Shown piece by piece: positions 1 to 9,772 of a DNA stretch of 36,990 nucleotides. The notes under the pieces were generated by a model, which was given only the letters and a program-made list of their open reading frames with translations, was not told the DNA's origin and did no database searches. This DNA is from Bacteroidota bacterium (GTDB lineage: Bacteria > Bacteroidota > Bacteroidia > AKYH767-A > OLB10). Position 1 is the first letter of the stretch. Each line of letters begins with the position of its first letter. The position numbers were made by a program, and so were the translations under genes. The stretch is taken from assembly GCA_040007375.1 (NCBI GenBank), contig JBDTVD010000003.1, forward strand, positions 1 to 36,990. Direction: 5' to 3'.

Positions 1-20
1 AGGAATTATAATAACAAACC

Positions 21-65
21 ACCTTTGCGAACCTTTGCGTTTTATTCCTTTGCGCACTCTGCGGT
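21..65. repeat. Short imperfect tandem repeat (CCTTTGCG x3 plus CTCTGCG)
   Basis: CCTTTGCG at 22-29, 32-39 and 47-54, and CTCTGCG at 57-63, upstream of the 117 start. Confidence 0.8.
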
Positions 66-116
66 AAAAAGAAAATCATTAATAGAAAGATAAAATTTTA
101 AGAACAGAAAAGTATT

Positions 117-1085
117 ATGAATTGGCTGGATTATATTTTTGATGATAGAGTTGCTTTTGAGGAGAAGGCATTATCTGTTTTTCAATATCAAGTTAAAGAA
201 AACAAACTATATGCTGATTATATACTTGCTTTAAATACTAATATTGATGAAGTAAAACGTATTGAAGATATTCCTTTCCTTCCTGTTTCCTTTTTCAAAA
301 CGCATAAAGTAATTTGTGGTGATGAAAATTTTCAAAATGCATTCACCTCCAGCGGAACAACAGGTGATACATCGTCGCATTATATAAAAGACCTTGCTCT
401 TTACGAAAGCAGTTTTATGAAATCGTTTGAACAGTTTTATGGTGATATAACAGAGTATTGCTTTCTTGCCTTACTTCCTTCTTATCTCGAACGCGAAGGT
501 TCATCGCTTGTATATATGTGTCAGCATCTGATTGAGAAAAGTAAACATCCGTTAAGTGGATTTTATCTTCACAACAGGAGCGAATTATATCAATCACTTC
601 AACAATTAAAAAAGGAAAATCAAAAAACAATTCTGATCGGTGTTACTTATGCTTTGCTTGATCAGGCAGCAGATTTTCCAATGGATTTTCCGGAGTTAAT
701 AATTATGGAAACAGGAGGGATGAAAGGCAAACGAAAGGAAATGATCAGGGAAGAGATTCATGATATTTTAAAAGCTGCATTTCATGTTAATGCTGTTCAT
801 AGTGAGTATGGTATGACGGAATTATTATCGCAGGCCTGGTCAGCCGGAAATGGTGTGTACATTTGTCCGGCATGGATGAAACTGCTGGTACGGAATGTAA
901 ATGATCCGATGGAAGTAAAAAGTAAAGGTTCCGGTGGAGTGAATATTATCGATCTTGCCAATATATATTCCTGTTCTTTCATTGCAACACAGGATCTGTG
1001 CATAATAAATGATGATCATTCTTTTACCATCATCGGCAGATTTGATAACAGTGATCTGCGTGGTTGTAATCTGATGATTTTATAA
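117..1085 (+). CDS. LuxE-like acyl-protein synthetase / acyl transferase (ANL superfamily)
   Basis: FTSSGTTG adenylation motif, IMETGGMKG, SEYGMTEL, and C-terminal GR..SDLRGC. Confidence 0.85.
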   Translation: MNWLDYIFDDRVAFEEKALSVFQYQVKENKLYADYILALNTNIDEVKRIEDIPFLPVSFFKTHKVICGDENFQNAFTSSGTTGDTSSHYIKDLALYESSFMKSFEQFYGDITEYCFLALLPSYLEREGSSLVYMCQHLIEKSKHPLSGFYLHNRSELYQSLQQLKKENQKTILIGVTYALLDQAADFPMDFPELIIMETGGMKGKRKEMIREEIHDILKAAFHVNAVHSEYGMTELLSQAWSAGNGVYICPAWMKLLVRNVNDPMEVKSKGSGGVNIIDLANIYSCSFIATQDLCIINDDHSFTIIGRFDNSDLRGCNLMIL

Positions 1086-1090
1086 AAAAT

Positions 1091-1125
1091 AGTATCAAGA
1101 CATTAGTATCAAGTATCAAGACTAA
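1091..1125 (+). repeat. Heptamer tandem tract AGTATCA/AGACATT/AGTATCA/AGTATCA/AGACTAA
   Basis: Five 7-bp units starting 5 nt after the luxE-like stop. Confidence 0.85.
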
Positions 1126-1141
1126 AAACAGAATTTTAAAA

Positions 1142-1363
1142 ATGTCGAACAGAAGAAGAATCATAATAATAATGGTATCTGTAATTTCAGGAACCGTACT
1201 TTCCTTTTTTATTTTCAAAGCCAGAAAAGGTCCTGCCGGATTAACCAATGACGATTATTCAACCCTCATCACTAATTTTATTTTTTCACTGGCAATCATT
1301 GTCGGTGTAGGTTTAATGTTTGCATGGAAGAAAAATAAAGAAGAGAAGTCTGACAGGAATTAG
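1142..1363 (+). CDS. Small hypothetical membrane protein (2 predicted TM helices)
   Basis: 73 aa ORF with two hydrophobic stretches and basic termini, filling the gap between two + strand genes. Confidence 0.65.
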   Translation: MSNRRRIIIIMVSVISGTVLSFFIFKARKGPAGLTNDDYSTLITNFIFSLAIIVGVGLMFAWKKNKEEKSDRN

Positions 1364-1394
1364 TTATTTTGGTGCACTTATAAACTCAGTCACC

Positions 1395-2660
1395 GTGAAA
1401 AATCTTCTACTTGCAGTTCTATTCTTAACATCTTTCAACTCTTATAGTCAGTCCTCCTCTCCCTGCAGTCTGTGGCCACGTTACGATCAGGAAATATTTC
1501 CTTCCGTTGATACCACTTATAATGTTATTTATGGCAGCAATTCAGATTACCAGGGAGTGAACCAGATTCTGAAGATGGATATTTATCAGCCTTCAGGAGA
1601 TACATTATCACAACGGCCACTAATAATTTTTGCTCATGGAGGAAGTTTTGTTGCGGGCGATAAAGCAAATACTGACCAGATAAATCTCTGCACTCATTTT
1701 GCAAAAAGAGGATATGTAACAGCCACTATTAATTACCGTTTGGGAATGTTTCCTATCAATGGAGCAACTGCAACGGATGCTGTTTACCGTGCCTGCCAGG
1801 ATATGAAAGCTGCCATTCGTTTTTTCAGAAAAGATGCTGCAACCACGAATTTATATAATGTTGATCCAACTGTTATTTTCATAGGAGGAACATCTGCCGG
1901 TGCATTCACTGCTTTGCACACTGCATATATGAATACGTATGCTGAACTTCCTGCAACAATTGATACTTCTGTTATTGGCAACCTGGAAGGAAACAGTGGT
2001 AATCCGGGATATTCTTCAGAAGCCAATGCAGTGATTAATTTATGTGGTGCATTAGGAGAATCATCATGGATTGTTCCCGGAGATATTCCACTGTGCAGCA
2101 TGCATGGAACTGCTGATGGTACTGTTCCTTATTCTTCTCAAATGCTATATCTCTTCGGTATTGTTCCGATTATGGTAGTGGATGGCAGTTATGCAATTCA
2201 TAATTATATAAATACTTTCAGTCATCCTGCAACTATGTATACATGGTATGGTGCTGATCATGTTCCTTATGATGGAGGAACAGCAAGTGCTATTGCTTAC
2301 CTTGACACGACATTGCGGTTTGTAAGTAATTTTCTTTACACTTACTCCGGATGTATTCCTTCGGATCCAAACCCTTTAGCCAATACAGTTTATACAACCA
2401 CTGGTATCGGTTCTCAAAGTGCAGCATTGTCTGTAACTGCATCAAGTCCAGCCAGTGATTTTATCAGGCTGAACCATGTTGGTGAAAAAGGAATTGTAAG
2501 GGTATATGATGAAGCCGGACGAAAAGTGACCTCCTTAGCTGTTGATAATGCCTCCGAAACATTTAATATTTCCTGCTCTAACTACCAGAATGGAATTTAT
2601 GCAGTTCATTATGAGACGGTTAAAGGTGTTGAAATTCTTAAGGTAGTGGTCTGTCATTAG
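1395..2660 (+). CDS. Secreted alpha/beta hydrolase (carboxylesterase/lipase) with probable T9SS C-terminal sorting domain
   Basis: Signal peptide from GTG 1395. HGGSF oxyanion motif, GTSAG nucleophile, HGTAD and DHVP. C-terminus with VRVYD..GR and GIYAV. Confidence 0.85.
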   Translation: MKNLLLAVLFLTSFNSYSQSSSPCSLWPRYDQEIFPSVDTTYNVIYGSNSDYQGVNQILKMDIYQPSGDTLSQRPLIIFAHGGSFVAGDKANTDQINLCTHFAKRGYVTATINYRLGMFPINGATATDAVYRACQDMKAAIRFFRKDAATTNLYNVDPTVIFIGGTSAGAFTALHTAYMNTYAELPATIDTSVIGNLEGNSGNPGYSSEANAVINLCGALGESSWIVPGDIPLCSMHGTADGTVPYSSQMLYLFGIVPIMVVDGSYAIHNYINTFSHPATMYTWYGADHVPYDGGTASAIAYLDTTLRFVSNFLYTYSGCIPSDPNPLANTVYTTTGIGSQSAALSVTASSPASDFIRLNHVGEKGIVRVYDEAGRKVTSLAVDNASETFNISCSNYQNGIYAVHYETVKGVEILKVVVCH

Positions 2661-2675
2661 GAAGATAAAAACGAT

Positions 2676-2683
2676 TATTTTTG
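2676..2683 (+). promoter_or_regulatory. Bacteroidota housekeeping -7 promoter element TAnnTTTG (TATTTTTG)
   Basis: Exact consensus match 5 nt before the desaturase ATG. Confidence 0.6.
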
Positions 2684-2688
2684 CCTCG

Positions 2689-3756
2689 ATGGCAAGAATA
2701 ACATTCAACAATAAAGTGAGTCCGTTTACTGACACACTCAAGGCACGAATTCAACAATATTTCGAAAACAATAAACTGGAGCTGACGGGAAACCGACATC
2801 TTTTTGTAAAAACTATAATCCTCGTTAGTTCATTAATTTTGATCTACGTTCTTCTGGTATTTTTCACTCCTCCTGTTTGGATTTCTATAGTGCTGTGTGC
2901 ATTACTGGGAGTTAATTTTGCGGCAATAGGATTTAATGTAATGCATGATGGTGCGCATGGAAGTTATTCCGGCAAAAAAACTATCAATGAAATTATGGCT
3001 TATTCTCTCAACCTGATGGGAGGAAGTTCATATATATGGAAAATTAAACATAATCTTATACATCATTCATTTACCAATGTAGAAGGTATGGATGATGATA
3101 TTGATATCAGACCATTTATGCGTGTGAATGAAGACCAGCCACGTTACTGGTTTCATCGTTTTCAGCATATATATTTTTTGTTGTTGTATGGGATGTCGTA
3201 TTTCCTGTGGGTATACTTTCAGGATTTTCAAAAATATTTCTCTAAAAAAATCGGTGACACTCCATTACGAAAAATGAGTGTTAAAGATCATTTCATATTC
3301 TGGATCAGTAAACTTGTATATATATCTGTTTTTGTTATTATTCCTATTTTTAAAATAGGTCTTGCTGATACATTGATTGGTTACGGTATTGCGGTTTTTG
3401 TATGTGGTGTAATGATAGCTGTTGTATTTCAGCTGGCTCATGTAATTACTGAAACTTCATTTCCACGTCCAGATGAAAATACCTCAAAAATTAATAATGA
3501 GTGGGCGGTTCATCAATTGGAAACGACAGCTAATTTCTCTACCCATAATAAATTTGTAAGCTGGTTGGTTGGCGGTCTTAATTTCCAGGTGGAACATCAT
3601 CTTTTTCCAAGAATAAGTCATGTACATTATCCAGCTATCAGTAAACTGGTGCGTGATACGTGTGCTGAATTTAATGTGGTTTACCTGGAACACCCTACAG
3701 TGATAAGTGCAGTTCGGTCGCATATAAAGCACCTTAGAATAATGGGAAGAAGATAA
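2689..3756 (+). CDS. Membrane fatty acid (acyl-CoA/acyl-lipid) desaturase
   Basis: His boxes HDGAH, HNLIHH and QVEHHLFP, plus several TM segments. Confidence 0.93.
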   Translation: MARITFNNKVSPFTDTLKARIQQYFENNKLELTGNRHLFVKTIILVSSLILIYVLLVFFTPPVWISIVLCALLGVNFAAIGFNVMHDGAHGSYSGKKTINEIMAYSLNLMGGSSYIWKIKHNLIHHSFTNVEGMDDDIDIRPFMRVNEDQPRYWFHRFQHIYFLLLYGMSYFLWVYFQDFQKYFSKKIGDTPLRKMSVKDHFIFWISKLVYISVFVIIPIFKIGLADTLIGYGIAVFVCGVMIAVVFQLAHVITETSFPRPDENTSKINNEWAVHQLETTANFSTHNKFVSWLVGGLNFQVEHHLFPRISHVHYPAISKLVRDTCAEFNVVYLEHPTVISAVRSHIKHLRIMGRR

Positions 3757-3880
3757 TTTCTCTTTTTCTTTAAAACATTTTATTAACTGCAACAGTATTC
3801 ATAATAATTTCTGTTGATTGCGTTTATACACTATTGCTGATGGTAACTTTACATCTTGCCACAGGAAAGTGATAACATTA

Positions 3881-4582
3881 ATGAAGAAACCAGTTTACGT
3901 ATTATTTCCAAGTATCTTCTTGCTGCTTGTTTTTTACAGTTGTCAATCACAGGCACAAACTGATTCTATTCACAGTATATGGGATAAACCACGCTTCTTT
4001 CTTCAATTCGATCGTTACAATTCTGTAGTTGCAAATGAAGGTGCAGATATGAGTGGATTAAAAGCAGGACTGGAGTTTGGGCGTAAGTATCGCTTTGGTA
4101 TTGGTCTTTATAATCTAAAATCAGATATTATAGAATACAAAAAACTTACACCTGAGCAGGCAGCAGAGGCACCCGCCGACAGTGTTAAAGCACAGTTGAA
4201 CATGGGCTATGTTCCGTTATGTTTTGAATATATATTTTATGATAAAGGAAAATGGCAATTCGGTATTCCTCTTCATTTGGGATTTGGCGAAACATACTTT
4301 GAATACTTCAATAAATCAGGAGATAAACAGAAAATAAAAGGGCAGAATGTAGTCCTTGCCGATGTTGTTATTTCCGGGCAGTATAAGATATTAAAATGGG
4401 TTGGTGTGGGAGCTGGCTTTGGCTTCCGGAAAATGCTGGTGGATAATCCTTCCATTCAACGGAACTTTAATTCTCCACTTTACAATTTACGTCTTAAAAT
4501 TTTCCTCGGCGAAGTATATCGTACCGTTTTTCCACGTGGCATTTCAGGGAAAAAAGAACCGGCTAAGCAACAGGACAAATAA
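3881..4582 (+). CDS. Hypothetical exported protein, probable outer-membrane beta-barrel
   Basis: Signal peptide from ATG 3881 (the ORF is open from 3818) and alternating Gly/aromatic beta-strand pattern. Confidence 0.65.
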   Translation: MKKPVYVLFPSIFLLLVFYSCQSQAQTDSIHSIWDKPRFFLQFDRYNSVVANEGADMSGLKAGLEFGRKYRFGIGLYNLKSDIIEYKKLTPEQAAEAPADSVKAQLNMGYVPLCFEYIFYDKGKWQFGIPLHLGFGETYFEYFNKSGDKQKIKGQNVVLADVVISGQYKILKWVGVGAGFGFRKMLVDNPSIQRNFNSPLYNLRLKIFLGEVYRTVFPRGISGKKEPAKQQDK

Positions 4583-4644
4583 GAATAATGTTAAATGCCG
4601 GTTACTCTTTCAGGTATTGCTGCCTCCTCTCAGCAGTTAAATGT

Positions 4645-4652
4645 TACTTTTG
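4645..4652 (+). promoter_or_regulatory. -7 promoter element TACTTTTG
   Basis: Consensus match 6 nt before ATG 4659. Confidence 0.55.
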
Positions 4653-4658
4653 TCGCGC

Positions 4659-5135
4659 ATGAGCAAGTTAAAGTTTGATGATATATATATGGAGCTTGCC
4701 GAAACGCTTGCCCAGAAATCACATTGCGTGGTTAAAAAAGTAGGAGCAGTTATTTCGCGCGATACGAGGATAGTTTCGCTGGGTTATAATGGACCACCGG
4801 CAGGCACTCATAATTGCGATGAGGAATGGCCTGGTGTTGGATGTGCGCGCGACAGAAAAGGTGGATGTTCTCTTGCACTGCATGCGGAGGCAAATGCTAT
4901 TCTGTATGCATCTAAAAACCAGGTTCAACTGGAAGAAGCAACACTATATGTTACGTTGTCACCCTGTTTGCCATGTGCACGGATTATATATACAGTAGGA
5001 ATCAGAAAAGTAATTTACCTGCACTCGTATGCTGAATACAAAAAGATCGGAACAGATGAAGGTATTGATTTTCTTCGTCGTTTCGGAGTGGAAGTATTGA
5101 AGTATGAATCAGAGAAAAAATTTACAGATGCATGA
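4659..5135 (+). CDS. dCMP deaminase family protein (ComEB-like)
   Basis: HAEANA and SPCLPC zinc motifs, VGAVI and GYNG. The start may instead be 4641. Confidence 0.92.
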   Translation: MSKLKFDDIYMELAETLAQKSHCVVKKVGAVISRDTRIVSLGYNGPPAGTHNCDEEWPGVGCARDRKGGCSLALHAEANAILYASKNQVQLEEATLYVTLSPCLPCARIIYTVGIRKVIYLHSYAEYKKIGTDEGIDFLRRFGVEVLKYESEKKFTDA

Positions 5136-6715
5136 GTGATCAGATTTCCGCCAGAAACATCTGGCTTCCTTTAATAATGGGTGTGGTGATGGCATCAGGA
5201 ATTTATATAGGCACACGTATGGTTGCTGTTCCTGTTGCAACAGGTAATAATAAAATTAATGATGTATTAAGTTATGTTCAGGATGCATACGTTGATACTG
5301 TTAATCGTGCACAGCTTACCGACAAAACAATTGAGAAAATGCTGGAACAGCTCGATCCGCATTCATCATATATTCCGGCCGCTGATCTGCAGGCTGCAAA
5401 TGAACCGCTCGAGGGAAATTTTGAAGGAATAGGAATCGAATTTCATATTCAGCAGGATACATTAATGGTTGTAGCTGCGTTGTCAGGTGGTCCCAGTGAA
5501 GCATTGGGAATTCAACCCGGCGACAGAATTATAAAAGTGGATGAAAAAATTGTTGCAGGTAAAGGAATTACCAACGACCAGGTTTTTAAAATGCTGCGTG
5601 GAAAGGGTGGATCTAAAGTTAAGGTAGCAATCAAACATCCGGGCAGCAATAAGCTCACTGATTATATAATAACGAGAGGTAAAATTCCTATATATAGTGT
5701 TGATATCGCTTACATGGCTGATGCAGCAACAGGGTACATTAAGGTGAGCCGTTTTGCAGAACCAACCTATGATGAATTTGTTGCTGCATTACGTAAATTA
5801 AAAGCTCAGGGAATGAAAAAACTCATCCTCGATTTAAGAGGAAATCCCGGAGGCTATCTGAATGCTGCTACTGATATTGCTGATGAAATGATTGATGGTA
5901 ATCGTTTGCTGGTTTATACATTGGGAAAGTCGAGACCACGTACTGATTACAAAGCAGGAAAACCAGGACTTTTTGAAAATGGAAAACTGGCAGTATTAAT
6001 TGATGAAGGATCTGCATCAGCTTCGGAAATTGTTTCCGGTGCACTTCAGGATTGGGATCGCGCAACAATTATTGGTCGTCGTAGTTTTGGTAAAGGATTA
6101 GTGCAGGAACAATCCGGTTTTCCTGATGGATCTGCAATGAGACTTACTGTTGCACGGTATTATACACCAACTGGAAGGTGCATACAGAAAACATATGCAA
6201 ATGGTGTGGAAGCATATAATGATGATTTGTTAAATCGCATTAAACATGGTGAGCTGATGAGTGCAGACAGTGTTAAAATTACTGACACTTTAAAATACAG
6301 AACACCTGCGGGAAAAATTGTGTACGGTGGAGGTGGAATCATGCCTGATATATTTGTTCCATTAGATACTACTTATGATACGGATTATCTCAACTCAGTT
6401 GCATCTGCTGGTTTGTTAAATCAGTTTGCTTATGATTATGTGGATTCACATCGTTCAGAATTAAAAACATTTTCCGGTGCTGCCGATTTCAGAAACCGTT
6501 TTAATAGCAATACTATTCTGAATAATTTTTATGATTTTGTTGAAAAGAAGGGAGTGAAGCGTAATGCAGAACAGATCAAAAGATCATCAGGATTAATTGC
6601 TGTGCAACTGAAAGCATTTATCGGCAGGTTGATATGGCAGAATGAAGGATTATACCCGGTTTTACAGGATGCTGATCCTGCATTTCAAAGGGCATTAAAG
6701 TTTTTAAACAGCTGA
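5132..6715 (+). CDS. S41 family carboxy-terminal processing protease (PDZ plus peptidase)
   Basis: LDPHS, GIGI PDZ loop, DLRGNPGG, SASASEI and FGKGLVQ. ATGA overlap with the upstream gene. Confidence 0.95.
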   Translation: MSDQISARNIWLPLIMGVVMASGIYIGTRMVAVPVATGNNKINDVLSYVQDAYVDTVNRAQLTDKTIEKMLEQLDPHSSYIPAADLQAANEPLEGNFEGIGIEFHIQQDTLMVVAALSGGPSEALGIQPGDRIIKVDEKIVAGKGITNDQVFKMLRGKGGSKVKVAIKHPGSNKLTDYIITRGKIPIYSVDIAYMADAATGYIKVSRFAEPTYDEFVAALRKLKAQGMKKLILDLRGNPGGYLNAATDIADEMIDGNRLLVYTLGKSRPRTDYKAGKPGLFENGKLAVLIDEGSASASEIVSGALQDWDRATIIGRRSFGKGLVQEQSGFPDGSAMRLTVARYYTPTGRCIQKTYANGVEAYNDDLLNRIKHGELMSADSVKITDTLKYRTPAGKIVYGGGGIMPDIFVPLDTTYDTDYLNSVASAGLLNQFAYDYVDSHRSELKTFSGAADFRNRFNSNTILNNFYDFVEKKGVKRNAEQIKRSSGLIAVQLKAFIGRLIWQNEGLYPVLQDADPAFQRALKFLNS

Positions 6716-8106
6716 TGAAAAAGAATACCAGCTTTTATTTTTTGTTGGTATCCATTTTAATTTTTATAGTGCGGTTGCCATTCATTTTCCTCGGTTACGG
6801 ATCTGAAGAAGATGCCTGGGGGCTACCTTTAACCGCAGAAAGAATTGCTTCAACAGGAGTGTATGAAGTTTCGCGTCTGCCAGGACATCCTTTGCAGGAA
6901 GTGATTTATGCATTTGTTTTTCGTTTTGGCTTTATATATATGAACCTGCTAACGATGGCTATTAGTGCAGCCGGTATTTTTTTCTTTATGCAGATATTAC
7001 GTTTTTTTAAAGTGCACTATCCTGTTTGGCCTGCCATTGCTCTGGCATTTACTCCTGTTGTTTTTATCAATAGTACAAATGTGATGGATTATATATGGGC
7101 AATGAGTGGTATAATTACTTCTTTTTATTTTTTATGCAGGAAGGAATATTTGTTAGCCGGTTTGTTTCTCGGTCTCGCAATAGGATGCCGGATCACTTCA
7201 GGTGCTGTGCTGCTGCCTTTTGTGATATATGTTTTTATAACAGAAAGAGATGCTGTTTTCAAAAAGATAATAACATGCTCCTTGGTTACGATGATTACAG
7301 GGTTATTGTGTTTTCTTCCGGTGATTAAAGAATATGGATTAACATTTTTTACATACTACGAACATTTCCCACTTCCTCCAGTTTTCAAAAATATATATAA
7401 GGGAACGATAGGCGTATTTGGATTGGTGGGTTGTATTTCGCTGGGTGTTTACCTGATTGTCATATTCCGGAAACTAATGCATTCATTTAAAAGTTTTGAT
7501 GCTTGCAATAAAGGATTGGTAATAATGTGCATCTCCGCTGCAGTATTATATATAATTGCATTTATCAATCTTCCACTCAAGTCAGCATTTATGATTCCTG
7601 CCATACCATTTATTTTTCTTCTGATGGCAAAGTTTCTTACAGAGAGGCAGTCTGTTATTTTAGCATGCTTGTTCATCATATCATCTTTTTGTTTTGGCAT
7701 AAATCTGAAAGATTCTAATCGTGGAAATATTCCTTCTGCAGTAAGTTGCTCTTTCAAAATAGCCAGCCAGGAAGTTACATTCGACTTATTAAAAGGGCCT
7801 GTTATTGCTGAATATGAAAAACAAAAAAATATCCTCGAATTTACGGATAACGTTTTGACTCGTGCGTCAACAATAAAACATCGCTCCGTTGTAATAGCAG
7901 GATGGTACTTGAATTTTATTCAGAAAAAAGGCCGGCATTTAAATAATGACATAGTGAAGTGTGTTTATTATATTGATGCTGATTCTGTTTCCGGATATAA
8001 AGTAAATGGCTATGATGTTTATTATCTTCCTCTTCAGGAACAGTTCAATGATCTAAGATTCGGAATAAATAATACTGCGGAGCTTTCATCACCATTTCCC
8101 GGTTAA
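6715..8106 (+). CDS. Polytopic membrane protein, probable GT-C (ArnT/PMT-like) glycosyltransferase
   Basis: About 10 hydrophobic segments, acidic EED after TM1, PGHP loop, and GLAIGCR. Confidence 0.6.
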   Translation: MKKNTSFYFLLVSILIFIVRLPFIFLGYGSEEDAWGLPLTAERIASTGVYEVSRLPGHPLQEVIYAFVFRFGFIYMNLLTMAISAAGIFFFMQILRFFKVHYPVWPAIALAFTPVVFINSTNVMDYIWAMSGIITSFYFLCRKEYLLAGLFLGLAIGCRITSGAVLLPFVIYVFITERDAVFKKIITCSLVTMITGLLCFLPVIKEYGLTFFTYYEHFPLPPVFKNIYKGTIGVFGLVGCISLGVYLIVIFRKLMHSFKSFDACNKGLVIMCISAAVLYIIAFINLPLKSAFMIPAIPFIFLLMAKFLTERQSVILACLFIISSFCFGINLKDSNRGNIPSAVSCSFKIASQEVTFDLLKGPVIAEYEKQKNILEFTDNVLTRASTIKHRSVVIAGWYLNFIQKKGRHLNNDIVKCVYYIDADSVSGYKVNGYDVYYLPLQEQFNDLRFGINNTAELSSPFPG

Positions 8107-8558
8107 AAATCATCATGAGCTTTTATTTTTTCTATCCACTCAGGATTTACCGGAATACTTTTTTTAAGTACATAATCATAACAGACAATTACTGACTTTC
8201 CTTTTGCAAGTAATGTATAGCCATCCGCCGTTTTCTTTACTAATGCATATTCCAGGTCAAAACTTTTATTCCCGATTCTGCTGCACCTGGTGAATACAGA
8301 TATCTCATTCTGCAGATAAACAGGAAGGATATAATTAATAGTCACACTGGCCAGTATAAACCCTGTTTTCTGCCAGTTGTTTTCTTTCGTAATCACTTCA
8401 TTGAAATAATACATCCTGGCTGTTTCAAAGTAAGTAAGGTGATTGGCATTGTTTACATGGCCCATTGAATCCACATCTTTAAAGCGAAGCTGAATCGTTG
8501 TCTGGTGCCGAAATCCCTCGTAAAAGGCATCCGTTTTTTCTTTGTTTTGAAGTGTCAT
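8103..8558 (-). CDS. Acyl-CoA thioesterase (4HBT/YbgC hotdog family)
   Basis: RFKDVDSMGHVNNANHLTYFETAR motif. Likely start is ATG 8558 (the ORF is open to 8654). Confidence 0.92.
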   Translation of the reverse strand: MTLQNKEKTDAFYEGFRHQTTIQLRFKDVDSMGHVNNANHLTYFETARMYYFNEVITKENNWQKTGFILASVTINYILPVYLQNEISVFTRCSRIGNKSFDLEYALVKKTADGYTLLAKGKSVIVCYDYVLKKSIPVNPEWIEKIKAHDDF

Positions 8559-8656
8559 GTAAACGTCACATATATATTGCAGTAAAGAATTGACTTGCAG
8601 ACGAAGATAAAACTTCTTACATTGCAGTAACAATCCAGAAAACCTGATAAACAACT

Positions 8657-9010
8657 ATGAAAAGTCTACTTAATTACGGTCTCGCTATCCTGGTGATGGC
8701 AGCCGTTTCCTGCACCAAGGAAGATGATCAACCTCAAACAGCTACTTCCACTTCTTCCCCCACAATTCAACGGGTAACTTATTCTGTGCATGTTGCACCA
8801 CTGGTACGTAAAACCTGTTCTGCATCTAATTGCCACAATGGAATATCAGAAAGTAATATTTCCAGTGGAAGTTTGGTGGAGTCAGTTTATAATGGAACAT
8901 TTGAGCAGCGTATTTTTGTGCTGGGAAATACAACGCCATGTGGTAGTATTGATAAGCAATCACTCTCTATGCTTCATGATTGGGTGAATCAGGGTGCACA
9001 GGTAGAATAA
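8657..9010 (+). CDS. Lipoprotein with cytochrome c-like domain (CX4CH)
   Basis: Lipobox AAVS-C and the pattern VTY..HVAPL...CSASNCH...WVNQGA. Confidence 0.65.
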   Translation: MKSLLNYGLAILVMAAVSCTKEDDQPQTATSTSSPTIQRVTYSVHVAPLVRKTCSASNCHNGISESNISSGSLVESVYNGTFEQRIFVLGNTTPCGSIDKQSLSMLHDWVNQGAQVE

Positions 9011-9056
9011 TCCTCAGGAAATTTAATGTATTTTAGCAGCGATAAATCTGCTGCAA

Positions 9057-9767
9057 ATGAATTGTACAAAAATCTGTTCGTCCCTTTTACTTGTATTTGT
9101 AATTTTATTTTCTGCTTGCAAGCGACCGATAAAGGGTGAAGGTCCTGTTACGTCTCAGGCTATTTCTGCTAATGATTTTACCGAAATTACATTGTCTATT
9201 CCTGCAAAGGTCAATGTAGTAGCTTCCGATTCTTTTATCTGTATTATAAAAGCGCAGAAAAATATTATTGACGCCATAAAAATTAAAACCGATGGCGACA
9301 ACCTGGAAATAACATCAGATAATAATCTTAAAACAGATCAGGAGATAGAAATATTTGTTTCGCTTCCTGAAATTAAACTGGCGGAAGTGAATGGCAGTGG
9401 GACTATGACTTTTGTTAATCCTGCCAAAGGAAATAAACTTCGCCTTTCTGTAAATGGTTCGGGCACTATTGACGCGAAGGCAGAGATGGATGAGATCAAA
9501 ACACAGACAAATGGTAGTGGTACAGTAACTATTTCCGGTAATGCAAAAGAAGCCAGTTGCGAAATAAATGGTTCGGGTGATCTGCATGCTTTTGAATTAT
9601 CAACCAACGATTGCAAGGTTGAAATTAATGGCAGTGGTGACGCTGAAGTAAGTGTTTTATCAAAACTGAAAGCTGATATAAGAGGAAGCGGAAATATTAT
9701 ATATAAAGGCCGGCCTCATGTTGTTTCAGAAATAATAGGAAGTGGTAATATTAAAAATGCTGAATAA
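9057..9767 (+). CDS. DUF2807 / GIN-domain (auto-transporter adhesin head-like) lipoprotein
   Basis: Lipobox FSA-C, repeated (I/V)NGSG units, and terminal GSGNIIYKGRP. Confidence 0.88.
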   Translation: MNCTKICSSLLLVFVILFSACKRPIKGEGPVTSQAISANDFTEITLSIPAKVNVVASDSFICIIKAQKNIIDAIKIKTDGDNLEITSDNNLKTDQEIEIFVSLPEIKLAEVNGSGTMTFVNPAKGNKLRLSVNGSGTIDAKAEMDEIKTQTNGSGTVTISGNAKEASCEINGSGDLHAFELSTNDCKVEINGSGDAEVSVLSKLKADIRGSGNIIYKGRPHVVSEIIGSGNIKNAE

Positions 9768-9772
9768 TTATT

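Noticed and set aside
117-1085. Bioluminescence (lux) locus
   Set aside because: Only a LuxE-like gene is present, with no luxAB/C/D. Stand-alone homologues are common in Bacteroidota.
9385-9750. Recurrent AATGG(C/T)AGTGG/AATGGTTCGGG DNA repeats
   Set aside because: Explained by the NGSG protein repeats of the DUF2807 domain.
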